A stretch of DNA of 64,000 nucleotides from Malacoraja senta. Taxonomy: Eukaryota. A program made the translations under genes and the position numbers. The notes beneath the pieces are model-generated. The model searched no databases. It had not been told where the DNA came from and worked only from the letters and a program-made list of their open reading frames with translations. The stretch lies in contig JAXLNO010000446.1 of assembly GCA_038087875.1 (NCBI GenBank), positions 310,001 through 374,000 on the forward strand, written 5' to 3'. This document shows positions 39,355 to 50,960 of the stretch, piece by piece; the first letter of the stretch is position 1, and every line of letters begins with the position of its first letter.

Positions 39355-39740
39355 CTTCTTCGGCCCCCTTCGGTCGTGGCTGACCATGGGTGTCTCCAGG
39401 GTGCTATTCCCTATATGGAGGACGCCTGTGCGTGACTTTGTTTAACGTGGGGAGACTGGTGCACAGACAGCCACCCCACGGTCCTTGACAGATCTGGGTC
39501 AGGATCCAGTGGCGTGGAGTCCAAGACGACCGGAGACCCTTTTCTGCTGCAGCCTTCATCCGCCTTCCCAGCTGTTGTGACGCTCCACTAAGGTCAGCCA
39601 TCGTCCTCCGCCTGTTCCACCGTTGAGGTCTTGGTTGGATTGCTCTTTGTCAGAGACCTCCCCCTCGACCTTACCGCCATGGGTGGCCCTACCAGGAGCA
39701 TAGCTCCAGACGGCATCGCTCTCAGGATCTCAGGTCCACG
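39355..39740 (-). mobile_element. Short non-autonomous RTE/Vingi-type retroelement (tentative)
   Basis: GC-rich non-coding segment ending in a gaagaa tail on the minus strand; resembles RTE-type 5'/3' fusion SINEs. Confidence 0.4.
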
Positions 39741-41404
39741 TATCTATGTATTGTGTAATTTACTAGTTTAAGCTTTTAGTTTTGGCTAAATAAACAGGCA
39801 ACTGAATCATCCTACCACAAGTAGCGAGCAGCCCTGAGCTACCATCTACCTCACTGGAGACCCTCAGACTATCTTTGATTGGACTTTACTAGACTTAATC
39901 TTGCACTAATCGTAATTCACGTTTGACCCTGTATCTGTTCACTGTGGACGGCTCGATTATAATCACGTATTGTCTTTCCGCTGACTGGTTAGCACGCAAC
40001 AAAAGCTTTTCACTGTACCTCGGTACATGTGACAATAAACTACACTGAACTGAACTATATTGTATAAAAGGCTGGCAGTAGTGGGGAAGAAGCTGTGCCT
40101 GAATCTATGGAACATGTTTTCAAGCTCTTGTATCTAATGCCTGATGGAACAGGGAGAAGCAGGATTGACTGGGGTGTGAGTGGCCCTTGATTATGGAGAT
40201 CCTCTCTCATTCTACCACCATCATTTATGAATGTCGACTGAAAATGTAATAAATAGCCAGAAGACCAGACATCATCTTTGGAGAGAGACATATCTCCTTT
40301 AAACTTTGCGCCTCCCACATTCAAGTCATGCCCTCCAGTGCTGGACATCTCCACCCTGGGAAAAAGGTTCTGACTGTCTACCCTCTCTGCGCCTCTCATC
40401 ATTTTATATACTTCTATTGACCTCCGAGGTTCCAGAGAAAACAATCCAGGTCGATCCAAACTCCCCCTGTAACTCAAACCATCTAATCCACCGTTCCATT
40501 GCCATTTAGAACGGAGACGAGGAAACACTTTTTCACACAGAGTTGTGAGTCTGTGGAATTCTCTGCCTCAGAGGGCGGTGGAGGCAGGTTCTCGGGATAC
40601 TTTCAAGAGAGAGCTAGATAGGGCTCTTAAACATAGCGGAGTCAGGGGATATGGGAGAAGGCAGGAACGGGGTACTGATTGGGTATGATCAGCCATGATC
40701 ACATTGAATGGCAGTGCTGGCTCGAAGGGCCAAATGGCCTACTCCTACACCTATTGTCTATTCTGTGTTTGTGTCATCAATATCAAACATTATCAACCTA
40801 AATCCCAGGACTCCCTCCACATTCTCCACCTTCAGTAGATTGTGTGAAAGTTCGGGAACTTAACCCAATGCGTCTGGATCATTAACAGGACCATCATGAG
40901 GATATATTTTATCCACCTCTATAAGATCACCCCTCATCCTCCTGCGCTCCAGGGAATAGAGACCCAGCCTACTCAACCTCTCCCTGTAGCTCACACCCTC
41001 GAGTCCTGGCAACATCCTCGCAAATCTCTGCACTCTTGATAGAAGGAATGGATGATGTTTCAGGCCGAGACTCTTCTTCAGACTGAAGACGGGTCTCAAC
41101 CTGAAACGTCACCCATTTCTTCTCCCCAGAGATGCTGCCTGTCCCGCTGAGTTACTCCAGCACTCTGTGTCTATCTTCGGTGTAAACCAGCATCAACAGT
41201 TCCTTCCGACACATTATCTGTGCTCTATCCAGCTTGACAATAGCCTTCCTATTGGAGGGTGAGCAAAACTGAACACAAAGTGTTTCTAATTTCACGGATG
41301 CTGCCTGACCAGCTGAGTATCTGTAACCAGATACACTCAGGAGAGGTTCCTCAGCCTGAATGATTGCAAAGACATTGAACAAACTCTGCAACGTGTTATT
41401 TTTT

Positions 41405-42452
41405 ACTTCTTCTCCGAGTCCGTTGTAATCTCAGATGTAGTTCTGCCAGTATCTGGCGCAGGTCACAGCTGGTCGAGTCGGTTCAGCCAGGTCCTGGGGG
41501 CTGCACTGGGGGGGGGGGGGGGCGTCGTCACACTCCAGTAGGTGGGACATTGTCTGTACTGCTCCACAGCTGCATGCATCTTCTGCCTGGTAGTTCCATG
41601 CTTTACACCTCCCCTGCTCCACTCGTAATCTGTTGAGGGTCTTCCAGGTTTGCCATGGGAGGTCGTGCCCGCTGGCGAAGCATTCAGTCGGAGTGATTCC
41701 TGTCTCCATCCAGTCATGGGCTCGTGTGTTGAGCTGGTTCCATTCATGTTTCCAGATGTTGGTCTGCTGTTTCTTTGGTTGTCTGGAGAGGTGGGACTGT
41801 CTGCAAGAAACTGGCTCTGGATTTCAGTCGGGGTGGAGGTGCTGTGTGTCCGTGCAGGGGGTGCCTGGTATCGATCTCTTGTGCTCTCCGCTCATCTTGG
41901 GCGACGATGGATCATCTGATATGGGGGGGGGGGGCAATACCGGCTAGGGCGTAGAGGCACGGGACTGGCGTTGTCTTTATACATCCCGTGATAATGCGGC
42001 AGGTGTCGTTGAGGGCTGTGTCAACCAGTTTGGTGTGGTGGGAGCGGCTCCAGCTTGAGCACGCGTATTCAGCTGTGGAGAAGCACAGGGCTAGGGCTGT
42101 TGCACGGATGGTTGGTGGATCAGCGCCCCACTTTGAGTTTACCAGTTTGCGCAGGATGTTGTTGCGAGTGTTTACCTTGGCTTTGGTGTTCTGAAGGTGG
42201 GTTTTGAAAGAGAATGTCCTGTCGAGTGTGACTCCGAGGTACACGGGGTGGAAGTGGTTGGAGAGTTTGTGGCCATCCCATGAGACGCTCAGTTGTTTTC
42301 CTGCATCTCGATTTTTAAGATGGAAGCTGCATAGTTGTGTTTTGATGGGTTTGGTTTCAGGTGGTTGTTATTGTAGTAGATTGTCATCTCTTGGAGGGCG
42401 CTTTCCAGGACAGGCTCGATCTTCTGAAGTTCTCCTGTTGCTGAGAGCAGCC
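41405..42452 (-). mobile_element. Vingi/Ingi-clade LINE 3' fragment
   Basis: YLGVTLDRTFSF..RNNILRKL..WGADPPTIRATALALCFSTAEYACSSW; C-terminal LNRLR..GRCK..CSCGAVQTMSHLLEC; gaagaag tail; several frameshifts. Confidence 0.75.
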
Positions 42453-43089
42453 TTGATCTGGTTTGTATAAAAGGCATTAATTTCTGTCCAGTTTTTGTCA
42501 GGCTTTCCTGGATATCACTGCACTGTTTCAATATTTTTGGCCTCTGGTGCTCCACTCCTTCTGATATATTAGCGCTTATTCTCCAGCAGAGTCCCAGTGT
42601 TGATGTCTCATTCAGTTGAGTGAGTGCTGGAATGCAGGGCTGCCAACATTGGTTGAGAGTTGAGAGTGAGAAATTGCGAGGGAGCTTAGCCCCTGAGGGG
42701 AGAGGGTGTGGGAGGGAGCTTTTGCATTTTTTAGCTTGAAATTGTGCAATCTGGTGCATACTGTAGCGAGTATTTTAACTGACATTTGAATGCAACATTT
42801 ATGCTTCAAATTGGATTAGGTATGAATAAGGTTAGGCTACATTAGATTCCTAATTACATTCTACAGTAGAACCAGGCTCTGCAGCACATGAATGACCATA
42901 GTATATTCATGTATGGAAATCAGATTATAATTCATGCTGTTATGCATATATATATAGAGAAACAAAAACATAGAAACAAGGCAAGATGAGTCAGACTTCC
43001 ATCACTGTTCTGCACAAATAAATCAATCAACTTTACCCTTTGACTATAGAAACAAGACGAAAATAATGCCACATATTCAACCGTAAAAC

Positions 43090-43370
43090 ATATATATGGA
43101 AACAGGCCCTTCGGCCCACCAAGTCCACACCGACCAGCAATCTACCATATACCAGTTGTATCCTACACGCCAGGGACAATTTACAGAAGCCAATTAACCT
43201 ACAAACCTGCACTTCTTTCGGATGTGGGAGAAACCGGAATATCCAGAGAAAACCATGTGGTCATAAGGAGAATGTACAAATACGGTACAGATAGCACCCG
43301 TAGTCAGGATCAAATCTGGGTCTGTGGTTCTGTAAGGCAGCAACTCTACCACTGCGCCACCGTGCCGCCC
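43090..43370 (-). mobile_element. V-SINE (HE1-like), full length
   Basis: The minus strand starts ggggcggcacggtggcgcagtggtagagttgctgcc (tRNA head) and continues into the V-domain. Confidence 0.85.
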
Positions 43371-43910
43371 CATTAAATTATTTTTTCTTTAATATAATTA
43401 TTATGGTGTCACATCAATAAAGATGAACACATGATTCTGATTTCTGCCCTTAGTTGGATAACACATATCTCCATTCATTGTGTTTTATGGCTGGTTTTCA
43501 ACCTCTTCAGTCTGAAGGTCTCAACCCGAAACATCACCCATTCTTTCTCTCCAGAGATGCTGCTTGTCCTGCTGAGATTTTCTAGTTTTTAGTGTCTATC
43601 GTCCGTTTTAACCAGCATCTGCAGTTCTTTCCTACACTCTTTGTTAAGCGAAACAGGTCCTATTCTCATATTATTCTTCAATTGAAAAAATAAAATCTTC
43701 TTCATAATCAAAAAAAAATTCCAGCCCTGCCAATATCTTCATAAATCATCCCTGGATCCTCTCCAGAGCAATTGCACCCTTTCTACAACAATGTGTCATA
43801 GTCTTACAGCATGGAAACAGGCCCTTCATCCCAACTTGTCCATGCAGATCAAGATGCCCCATCTAAACTAGTCCCATTGATCTGCATTTGGCCCATATCC
43901 CTTTAAACCT

Positions 43911-44020
43911 TGTGTGTGCCAGTGTGTGTGTAAGGGTGTGTGTTAGGTTGTGTGTGTGTGTGTGTGTGTGTGTGTGAGAGTGTGTGTGTGTGTGTGTGTG
44001 AGAGTGTGTGTGTGTGTGTG

Positions 44021-44060
<40 letters not shown>

Positions 44061-44108
44061 AGTGTGAGAGTGTGTGTGTGAGAGTGTGAGTGTGTGTGTG
44101 TGTGTGTG

Positions 44109-44148
<40 letters not shown>

Positions 44149-44190
44149 AGTGTGTGTGTGTGTGAGAGTGTGTGTGTGAGAGTGTGTGTC
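43911..44190. repeat. (TG)n/(TGAGAG) compound microsatellite; second copy 46956-47436
   Basis: Directly visible. Confidence 0.97.
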
Positions 44191-44934
44191 AGTGAAGCAG
44201 CAACAACACCCGGAGTGAGCGAAGACTTGGAGATGTCCGGGGAGCGTTCCCCTCTCTTTCCCCCTCCCCGGAAATGCGGGCCGGCCCAGGTGCTCTGTGT
44301 CCAGTTGAGGTCCGGGGGAGGTGAGGGTCAGTGACCCGGGGGTCAGGCATCGGAGCGGAGCCTTAGCCCGAGATTCATCCCCGCGGCTCCGGAGGCGGCA
44401 CCGATGCTCCCACTCACCCGGTCCGCTCCTGGCACCGGGCCAGGTTTAAAACTCCACGGTGTGGGTGGGGGGGTGGGGGGTGGGGGGGGTCGGTGCGGGG
44501 ACCACCTATCACACCTATCTCACCTATCACACTATCTGCACGGGAATGTGAATGCGGGTGAGGCAGCATCTATAGAGCGGTAGACAAAAATGCTGGAGAA
44601 ATGCTTGAGTCTGAAGAAGAGTCAAACTCAGACATAGATGCTGCCTCACCCACTGAGTTTCTCCAGCATTTTTGTCCACATTGCCATTTTAAATAGTGTG
44701 CGATGGGCTTAAGCCAATTGTTCGTTCTTTACGGGGAACCTGCCGACAGAAAACTATTCTCATTGATGAATGTGGAGGAGAGTGACTTTATTTATTTATT
44801 CATATATTTTTAAAAATATTTTTTTGAGCGTGAGAACTTCTGTCATCAGCGTGTGAGCGTGAGAATTTCCTCAAATGTGTGAGTCTCACGCTCAATGCAT
44901 GAGAGTTGGCAGCCCTGTGCAATGATCCAGGTCT

Positions 44935-46496
44935 GCCCAGCAAGCAGGCCCAGCCCGGCCCAGCCCAGCCCAGCCCAGCCCAGCCCAGCCCAGCCCAGCC
45001 CAGCCCAGCCCAGCCCACCCCAAGCCCACCAGCCCAGCCCGGCCCAGCCCAGCCCACCAGCCCGGCCCAGCCCAGCCCAGCCCAGCCCCTGCCCAGCCCA
45101 GCCCGGCCCAGCCCAGCCCACCAGCCCGGCCCAGCCCGGCCCAGCCCAGCCCACCCCAGCCCAGCCCGGCCCAGCCCAGCCCAGCCAGCCCAGCCCAGCC
45201 CAGCCCACCCCAAGCCCACCAGCCCGGCCCAGCCCAGCCCAGCCCAGCCCAGCCCAGCCCAGCCCAGCCCAGCCCACCCCAAGCCCACCAGCCCAGCCCA
45301 GCCCAGCCCAGCCCAGTCCGGCCCAGCCCACCCCAAGCCCACCAGCCCGGCCCGGCCCAGCCCAGCCCAGCCCAGCCCGGCCCAGCCCAGCCCAGCCCGG
45401 CCCAGCCCGGCCCAGCCCAGCCCAGCCCAGCCCAGCCCAGCCCACCCCAAGCCCACCAGCCCAGCCCAGCCCAGCCCAGCCCAGCCCAGCCCAGCCCAGC
45501 CCAGCCCAGCCCAGCCCGGCCCAGCCCAGCCCAGCCCACCCCAAGCCCACCAGCCCAGCCCAGCCCAGCCCAGCCCAGCCCAGCCCAGCCCACCCCAAGC
45601 CCACCAGCCCAGCCCAGCCCAGCCCAGCCCAGTCCGGCCCAGCCCACCCCAAGCCCACCAGCCCAGCCCAGCCCAGCCCAGCCCAGCCCAGCCCAGCCCA
45701 GCCCAGCCCAGTCCAGCCCAGCCCACCCCAAGCCCACCAGCCCAGCCCAGCCCAGCCCAGCCCAGTCCGGCCCAGCCCACCCCAAGCCCACCAGCCCAGC
45801 CCAGCCCAGCCCAGCCCAGCCCAGCCCAGCCCAGCCCAGCCCAGTCCAGCCCAGCCCACCCCAAGCCCACCAGCCCAGCCCAGCCCAGCCCAGCCCAGTC
45901 CGGCCCAGCCCACCCCAAGCCCACCAGCCCGGCCCGGCCCAGCCCAAGCCCAGCCCAGCCCGGCCCAGCCCAGCCCAGCCCGGCCCAGCCCGGCCCAGCC
46001 CAGCCCAGCCCAGCCCAGCCCAGCCCAGCCCAGCCCAGCCCACCCCAAGCCCACCAGGCCCGGCCCAGCCCAGCCCGGCCCGGCCCAGCCCGGCCCAGCC
46101 CAGCCCGCCCAGCCCAGCCCAGCCCAGCCCAGCCCAGCCCAGCCCAGCCCAGCCCAGCCCTGCCCAGCCCAGCCCAGCCTGGCCCAGCCCAGCCAGCCCA
46201 GCCCAGCCCTGCCCAGCCCAGCCCATCAGCCCAGCCCTGCCCAGCCCAGCCTGCCCAGCCAGCCCAGCCCAGCCCAGCCCAGCCCAGCCCTGCCCAGCCC
46301 AGCCCTGCCCAGCCCAGCCCAGCCCAGCCCAGCCCATCAGCCCAGCCCACCCCAAGCCCACCAGCCCAGCCCAGCCCAGCCCAGCCCACCCCAAGCCCAC
46401 CAGCCCAGCCCAGCCCACCCGAAGCCCACCAGCCCAGCCCAGCCCAGCCCAGTCCTGCCCAGCCCAGCCCAGCCCAGCCCAGCCCACCCCAAGCCC
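44935..46496. repeat. (GCCCA)n / (TGGGC)n pentamer array 1
   Basis: At least 1.5 kb, punctuated by cccaccccaagcccacca; runs into the gap. Confidence 0.98.
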
Positions 46497-46696
46497 NNNN
46501 NNNNNNNNNNNNNNNNNNNNNNNNNNNNNNNNNNNNNNNNNNNNNNNNNNNNNNNNNNNNNNNNNNNNNNNNNNNNNNNNNNNNNNNNNNNNNNNNNNNN
46601 NNNNNNNNNNNNNNNNNNNNNNNNNNNNNNNNNNNNNNNNNNNNNNNNNNNNNNNNNNNNNNNNNNNNNNNNNNNNNNNNNNNNNNNNNNNNNNNN
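46497..46696. other. Assembly gap (200 N)
   Basis: N run. Confidence 1.
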
Positions 46697-46764
46697 TTCT
46701 TCACCTCCGTTGCTGCAGAGAATACAATCCCAGTTATCAAATCTTTCTTCAAAGGGAAAAAAAA

Positions 46765-47110
46765 AAATCCATCCCTGCCAATATGTTCATAAATCACCCC
46801 TGGATCCTCTCCAGAGCAATTGCACCCTTTCTACAATGTGTCATAGTCTTACAGCATGGAAACAGGCCCTTCATCCCAACTTGTCCATGCAGATCAACAT
46901 GCCGCATCTAAACTAGTCCCATTTATCCGCATTTGGCCCATATCCCTTTAAACCTTGTGTGTGCCAGTGTGTGTGTAAGGGTGTGTGTTAGGTTGTGTGT
47001 GAGAGTGTGTGTGTGTGTGTGAGAGTGTGTGTGTGTGTGTGTGTGAGAGTGTGTGTGAGAGTGTGTGTGTGTGTGTGAGAGTGTGTGTGTGAGAGTGAGT
47101 GTGTGTGTGT

Positions 47111-47149
<39 letters not shown>

Positions 47150-47276
47150 AGTGTGTGTGTGTGTGTGTGAGCCAGTGTGTGTGTAAGGGTGTGTGTTAGG
47201 TTGTGTGTGTGTGTGTGTGAGAGTGTGTGTGTGTGTGTGTGAGAGAGTGTGTGTGTAAGGGTGTGTGTTAGGTTGT

Positions 47277-47307
<31 letters not shown>

Positions 47308-47335
47308 TGTGTGTGTGTGAGAGTGTGTGTGTGTG

Positions 47336-47427
<92 letters not shown>

Positions 47428-48200
47428 AGTGTGTGTCACTGAAGCGGCAACAACACCCGGAGTGAGCGAAGACTTGGGGATGTCCGGGGAGCATTTCCCT
47501 CTCTCCCCCCCTCCTCGGGAATGTGGGCCGGCCCAGGTGCTCTGTGTCCAGTTGAGGTCCGGGGGAGGTGAGGGTCAGTGACCTGGGGATCAGGCATCGG
47601 AGCGGAGCCTTAGCCCGAGATTCATCCCCGCGGCTCCGGAGGCGGCACCGATGCTCCCACTCACCCGGTCCGCTCCTGGCACCGGGCCGGGGTTAAAACT
47701 CCACGGGGTGGGTGGGGGGGGTGGGGGGTGGGGGGGTCGGTGCGGGGACCACCTATCACACCTATCTCACCTATCACACTATCTGCACGGGAATGTGAAT
47801 GCGGGTGAGGCAGCATCTATAGAGTGATAGACAAAAATGCTGGAGAAATGCTTGAGTCTGAAGAAGAGTCAAACTCAGACATAGATGCTGCCTCACCCGC
47901 TGAGTTCCTCCAGCATTTTTGTCCACATTGCCATTTTAAATAGTGTGCGATGGGCTTAAGCCAATTGTTCGTTCTTTACGGGGAACCCGCCGATAGAAAA
48001 CTATTCTCATTGATGAATGTGGAGGAGAGTGACTTTATTTATTTATTCATATATTTTTTAAAATATTTTTTTGAGCGTGAGAACTTCTGTCATCAGCGTG
48101 TGAGCGTGAGAATTTCCTCAAATGTGTGAGTCTCACGCTCAATGCATGAGAGTTGGTAGCCCTGTGCAATGATCCAGGTCTGCCCAGCAAGCAGGCCCAG
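46765..48200 (+). repeat. Second copy of the 43715-44950 block (tandem segmental duplication)
   Basis: Collinear, highly similar sequence with scattered substitutions. Confidence 0.93.
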
Positions 48201-50960
48201 CCCGGCCCAGCCCAGCCCAGCCCAGCCCAGCCCTGCCCAGCCCAGCCCAGCAAGCAGGCCCAGCCCTGCCCAGCCCAGCCCTGCCCAGCCCAGCCCAGCC
48301 CAGCCCAGCCCAGCCCTGCCCAGCCCAGCCCAGCAAGCAGGCCCAGCCCTGCCCTGCCCTGCCCAGCCCAGCCCAGCCCTGCCCAGCCCAGCCCGGCCCA
48401 GCCCAGCCCAGCCCAGCCCAGCCCAGCCCAGCCCAGCCCGGCCCACCCCAGTCCGGCCCAGCCCACCCCAAGCCCACCAGCCCGGCCCGGCCCAGCCCAG
48501 CCCAGCCCAGCCCGGCCCAGCCCAGCCCAGCCCGGCCCAGCCCGGCCCAGCCCAGCCCAGCCCAGCCCAGCCCAGCCCAGCCCACCCCAAGCCCACCAGG
48601 CCGGCCCAGCCCAGCCCGGCCCGGCCCAGCCCAGCCCAGCCCAGCCCAGCCCAGCCCAGCCCACCCCAAGCCCAGCCCAGCCCAGCCCACCCCAAGCCCA
48701 GCCCAGCCCAGCCCACCCCAAGCCCAGCCCAGCCCAGCCCAGCCCAGCCCAGCCCAGCCCACCAGCCCACCAGCCCAGCCCAGCCCAGCCCAGCCCACCC
48801 CAAGCCCACCAGCCCGGCCCAGCCCAGCCCGGCCCGGCCCAGCCCGGCCCAGCCCAGCCCAGCCCGGCCCGGCCCGGCCCGGCCCGGCCCAGCCCAGCCC
48901 AGCCCAGCCCACCAGCCCAGCCCGGCCCAGCCCAGCCCGGCCCAGCCCAGCCCAGCCCAGCCCAGCCCAGCCCAGCCAGCCCACCCCAAGCCCAGCCCAG
49001 CCCAGCCCAGCCCAGCCCAGCCCACCAGCCCAGCCCAGCCCAGCCCAGCCCAGCCCAGCCCAGCCCAGCCCTGCCCAGCCCAGCCCTGCCCAGCCCAGCC
49101 CAGCCCAGCCCAGCCCAGCCCAGCCCACCCCAAGCCCACCAGCCCGGCCCAGCCCAGCCCAGCCCTGCCCAGCCCACCCCAAGCCCACCAGCCCAGCCCA
49201 GCCCAGCCTAGCCCTGCCCAGCCCAGCCCACCCCAGGCCCACCAGCCCAGCCCAGCCCAGCCCAGCCCAGCCCAGCCCAGCCCAGCCCAGCCCACCTCAA
49301 GCCCACCAGCCTGGCCCAGCCCAGCCCAGCACACCCCAAGCCCACCAGCCCAGCCCAGCCCAGCCCAGCCCAGCCCTGCCCAGCCCAGCCCACCCCAAGC
49401 CCACCAGCCCAGCCCAGCCCAGCCCAGCCCTGCCCAGCCCAGCCCACCCCAAGCCCACCAGCCCGGCCCAGCCCAGCCCAGCCCAGCCCAGCACAGCCCA
49501 CCCCAAGCCCACCAGCCCAGCCCAGCCCAGCCCAGCCCACCCCAAGCCCACCAGCCCAGCCCGGCCCAACCCAGCCCAGCCCAGCCCACCCCAAGCCCAC
49601 CAACCCAGCCCAGCCCAGCCCACCCCAAGCCCACCAGCCCAGCCCTGCCCAGCCCGGCCCAGCCCAGCCCAGCCCAGCCCAGCCCAGCCCAGCCCAGCCC
49701 AGCCCAGCCCAGTCCGGCCCAGCCCACCCCAAGCCCACCAGCCCGGCCCGGCCCAGCCCAGCCCAGCCCAGCCCGGCCCAGCCCAGCCCAGCCCGGCCCA
49801 GCCCGGCCCAGCCCAGCCCAGCCCAGCCCAGCCCAGCCCAGCCCAGCCCAGCCCACCCCAAGCCCACCAGGCCGGCCCAGCCCAGCCCGGCCCTGCCCAG
49901 CCCAGCCCAGCCCAGCCCAGCCCAGCCCAGCCCAGCCCAGCCCACCCCAAGCCCAGCCCAGCCCAGCCCAGCCCAGCCCAGCCCAGCCCAGCCCAGCCCA
50001 CCCCAAGCCCAGCCCAGCCCAGCCCACCCCAAGCCCAGCCCAGCCCAGCCCAGCCCAGCCCAGCCCAGCCCACCAGCCCAGCCCAGCCCAGCCCAGCCCA
50101 CCCCAAGCCCACCAGCCCGGCCCAGCCCAGCCCGGCCCGGCCCAGCCCGGCCCAGCCCAGCCCAGCCCGGCCCGGCCCAGCCCGGCCCGGCCCAGCCCAG
50201 CCCAGCCCAGCCCACCAGCCCAGCCCAGCCCAGCCCAGCCCGGCCCAGCCCAGCCCAGCCCAGCCCAGCCCAGCCCAGCCCAGCCCAGCCCAGCCCAGCC
50301 CACCAGCCCAGCCCAGCCCAGCCCAGCCCAGCCCAGCCCAGCCCAGCCCTGCCCAGCCCAGCCCTGCCCAGCCCAGCCCAGCCCAGCCCAGCCCAGCCCA
50401 GCCCACCCCAAGCCCACCAGCCCGGCCCAGCCCAGCCCAGCCCTGCCCAGCCCACCCCAAGCCCACCAGCCCAGCCCAGCCCAGCCTAGCCCTGCCCAGC
50501 CCAGCCCACCCCAGGCCCACCAGCCCAGCCCAGCCCAGCCCAGCCCAGCCCAGCCCAGCCCAGCCCACCTCAAGCCCACCAGCCTGGCCCAGCCCAGCCC
50601 AGCACACCCCAAGCCCACCAGCCCAGCCCAGCCCAGCCCAGCCCAGCCCTGCCCAGCCCAGCCCACCCCAAGCCCACCAGCCCAGCCCAGCCCAGCCCAG
50701 CCCTGCCCAGCCCAGCCCACCCCAAGCCCACCAGCCCGGCCCAGCCCAGCCCAGCCCAGCCCAGCACAGCCCACCCCAAGCCCACCAGCCCAGCCCAGCC
50801 CAGCCCAGCCCACCCCAAGCCCACCAGCCCAGCCCGGCCCAACCCAGCCCAGCCCAGCCCACCCCAAGCCCACCAGCCCAGCCCTGCCCAGCCCGGCCCA
50901 GCCTGACCCTGCCCTGCCCAGCCCAGCCCAGCCCAGCCCAGCCCAGCCCAGCCCACCCAC
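48182..50960. repeat. (GCCCA)n pentamer array 2 with ~1.27-kb higher-order repeat
   Basis: Rare variants recur at a fixed offset (cagcctag 49204/50482; cacctcaag 49293/50566). Confidence 0.97.

Larger units (their letters stand above)
42635..44917. mobile_element. hAT-like non-autonomous composite bounded by CAGGGCTGCCAAC TIRs
   Basis: cagggctgccaac at 42635 and gttggcagccctg ending at 44917; flanks tggaatg / tgcaatg; subterminal gtgaga motifs at both ends. Confidence 0.55.
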
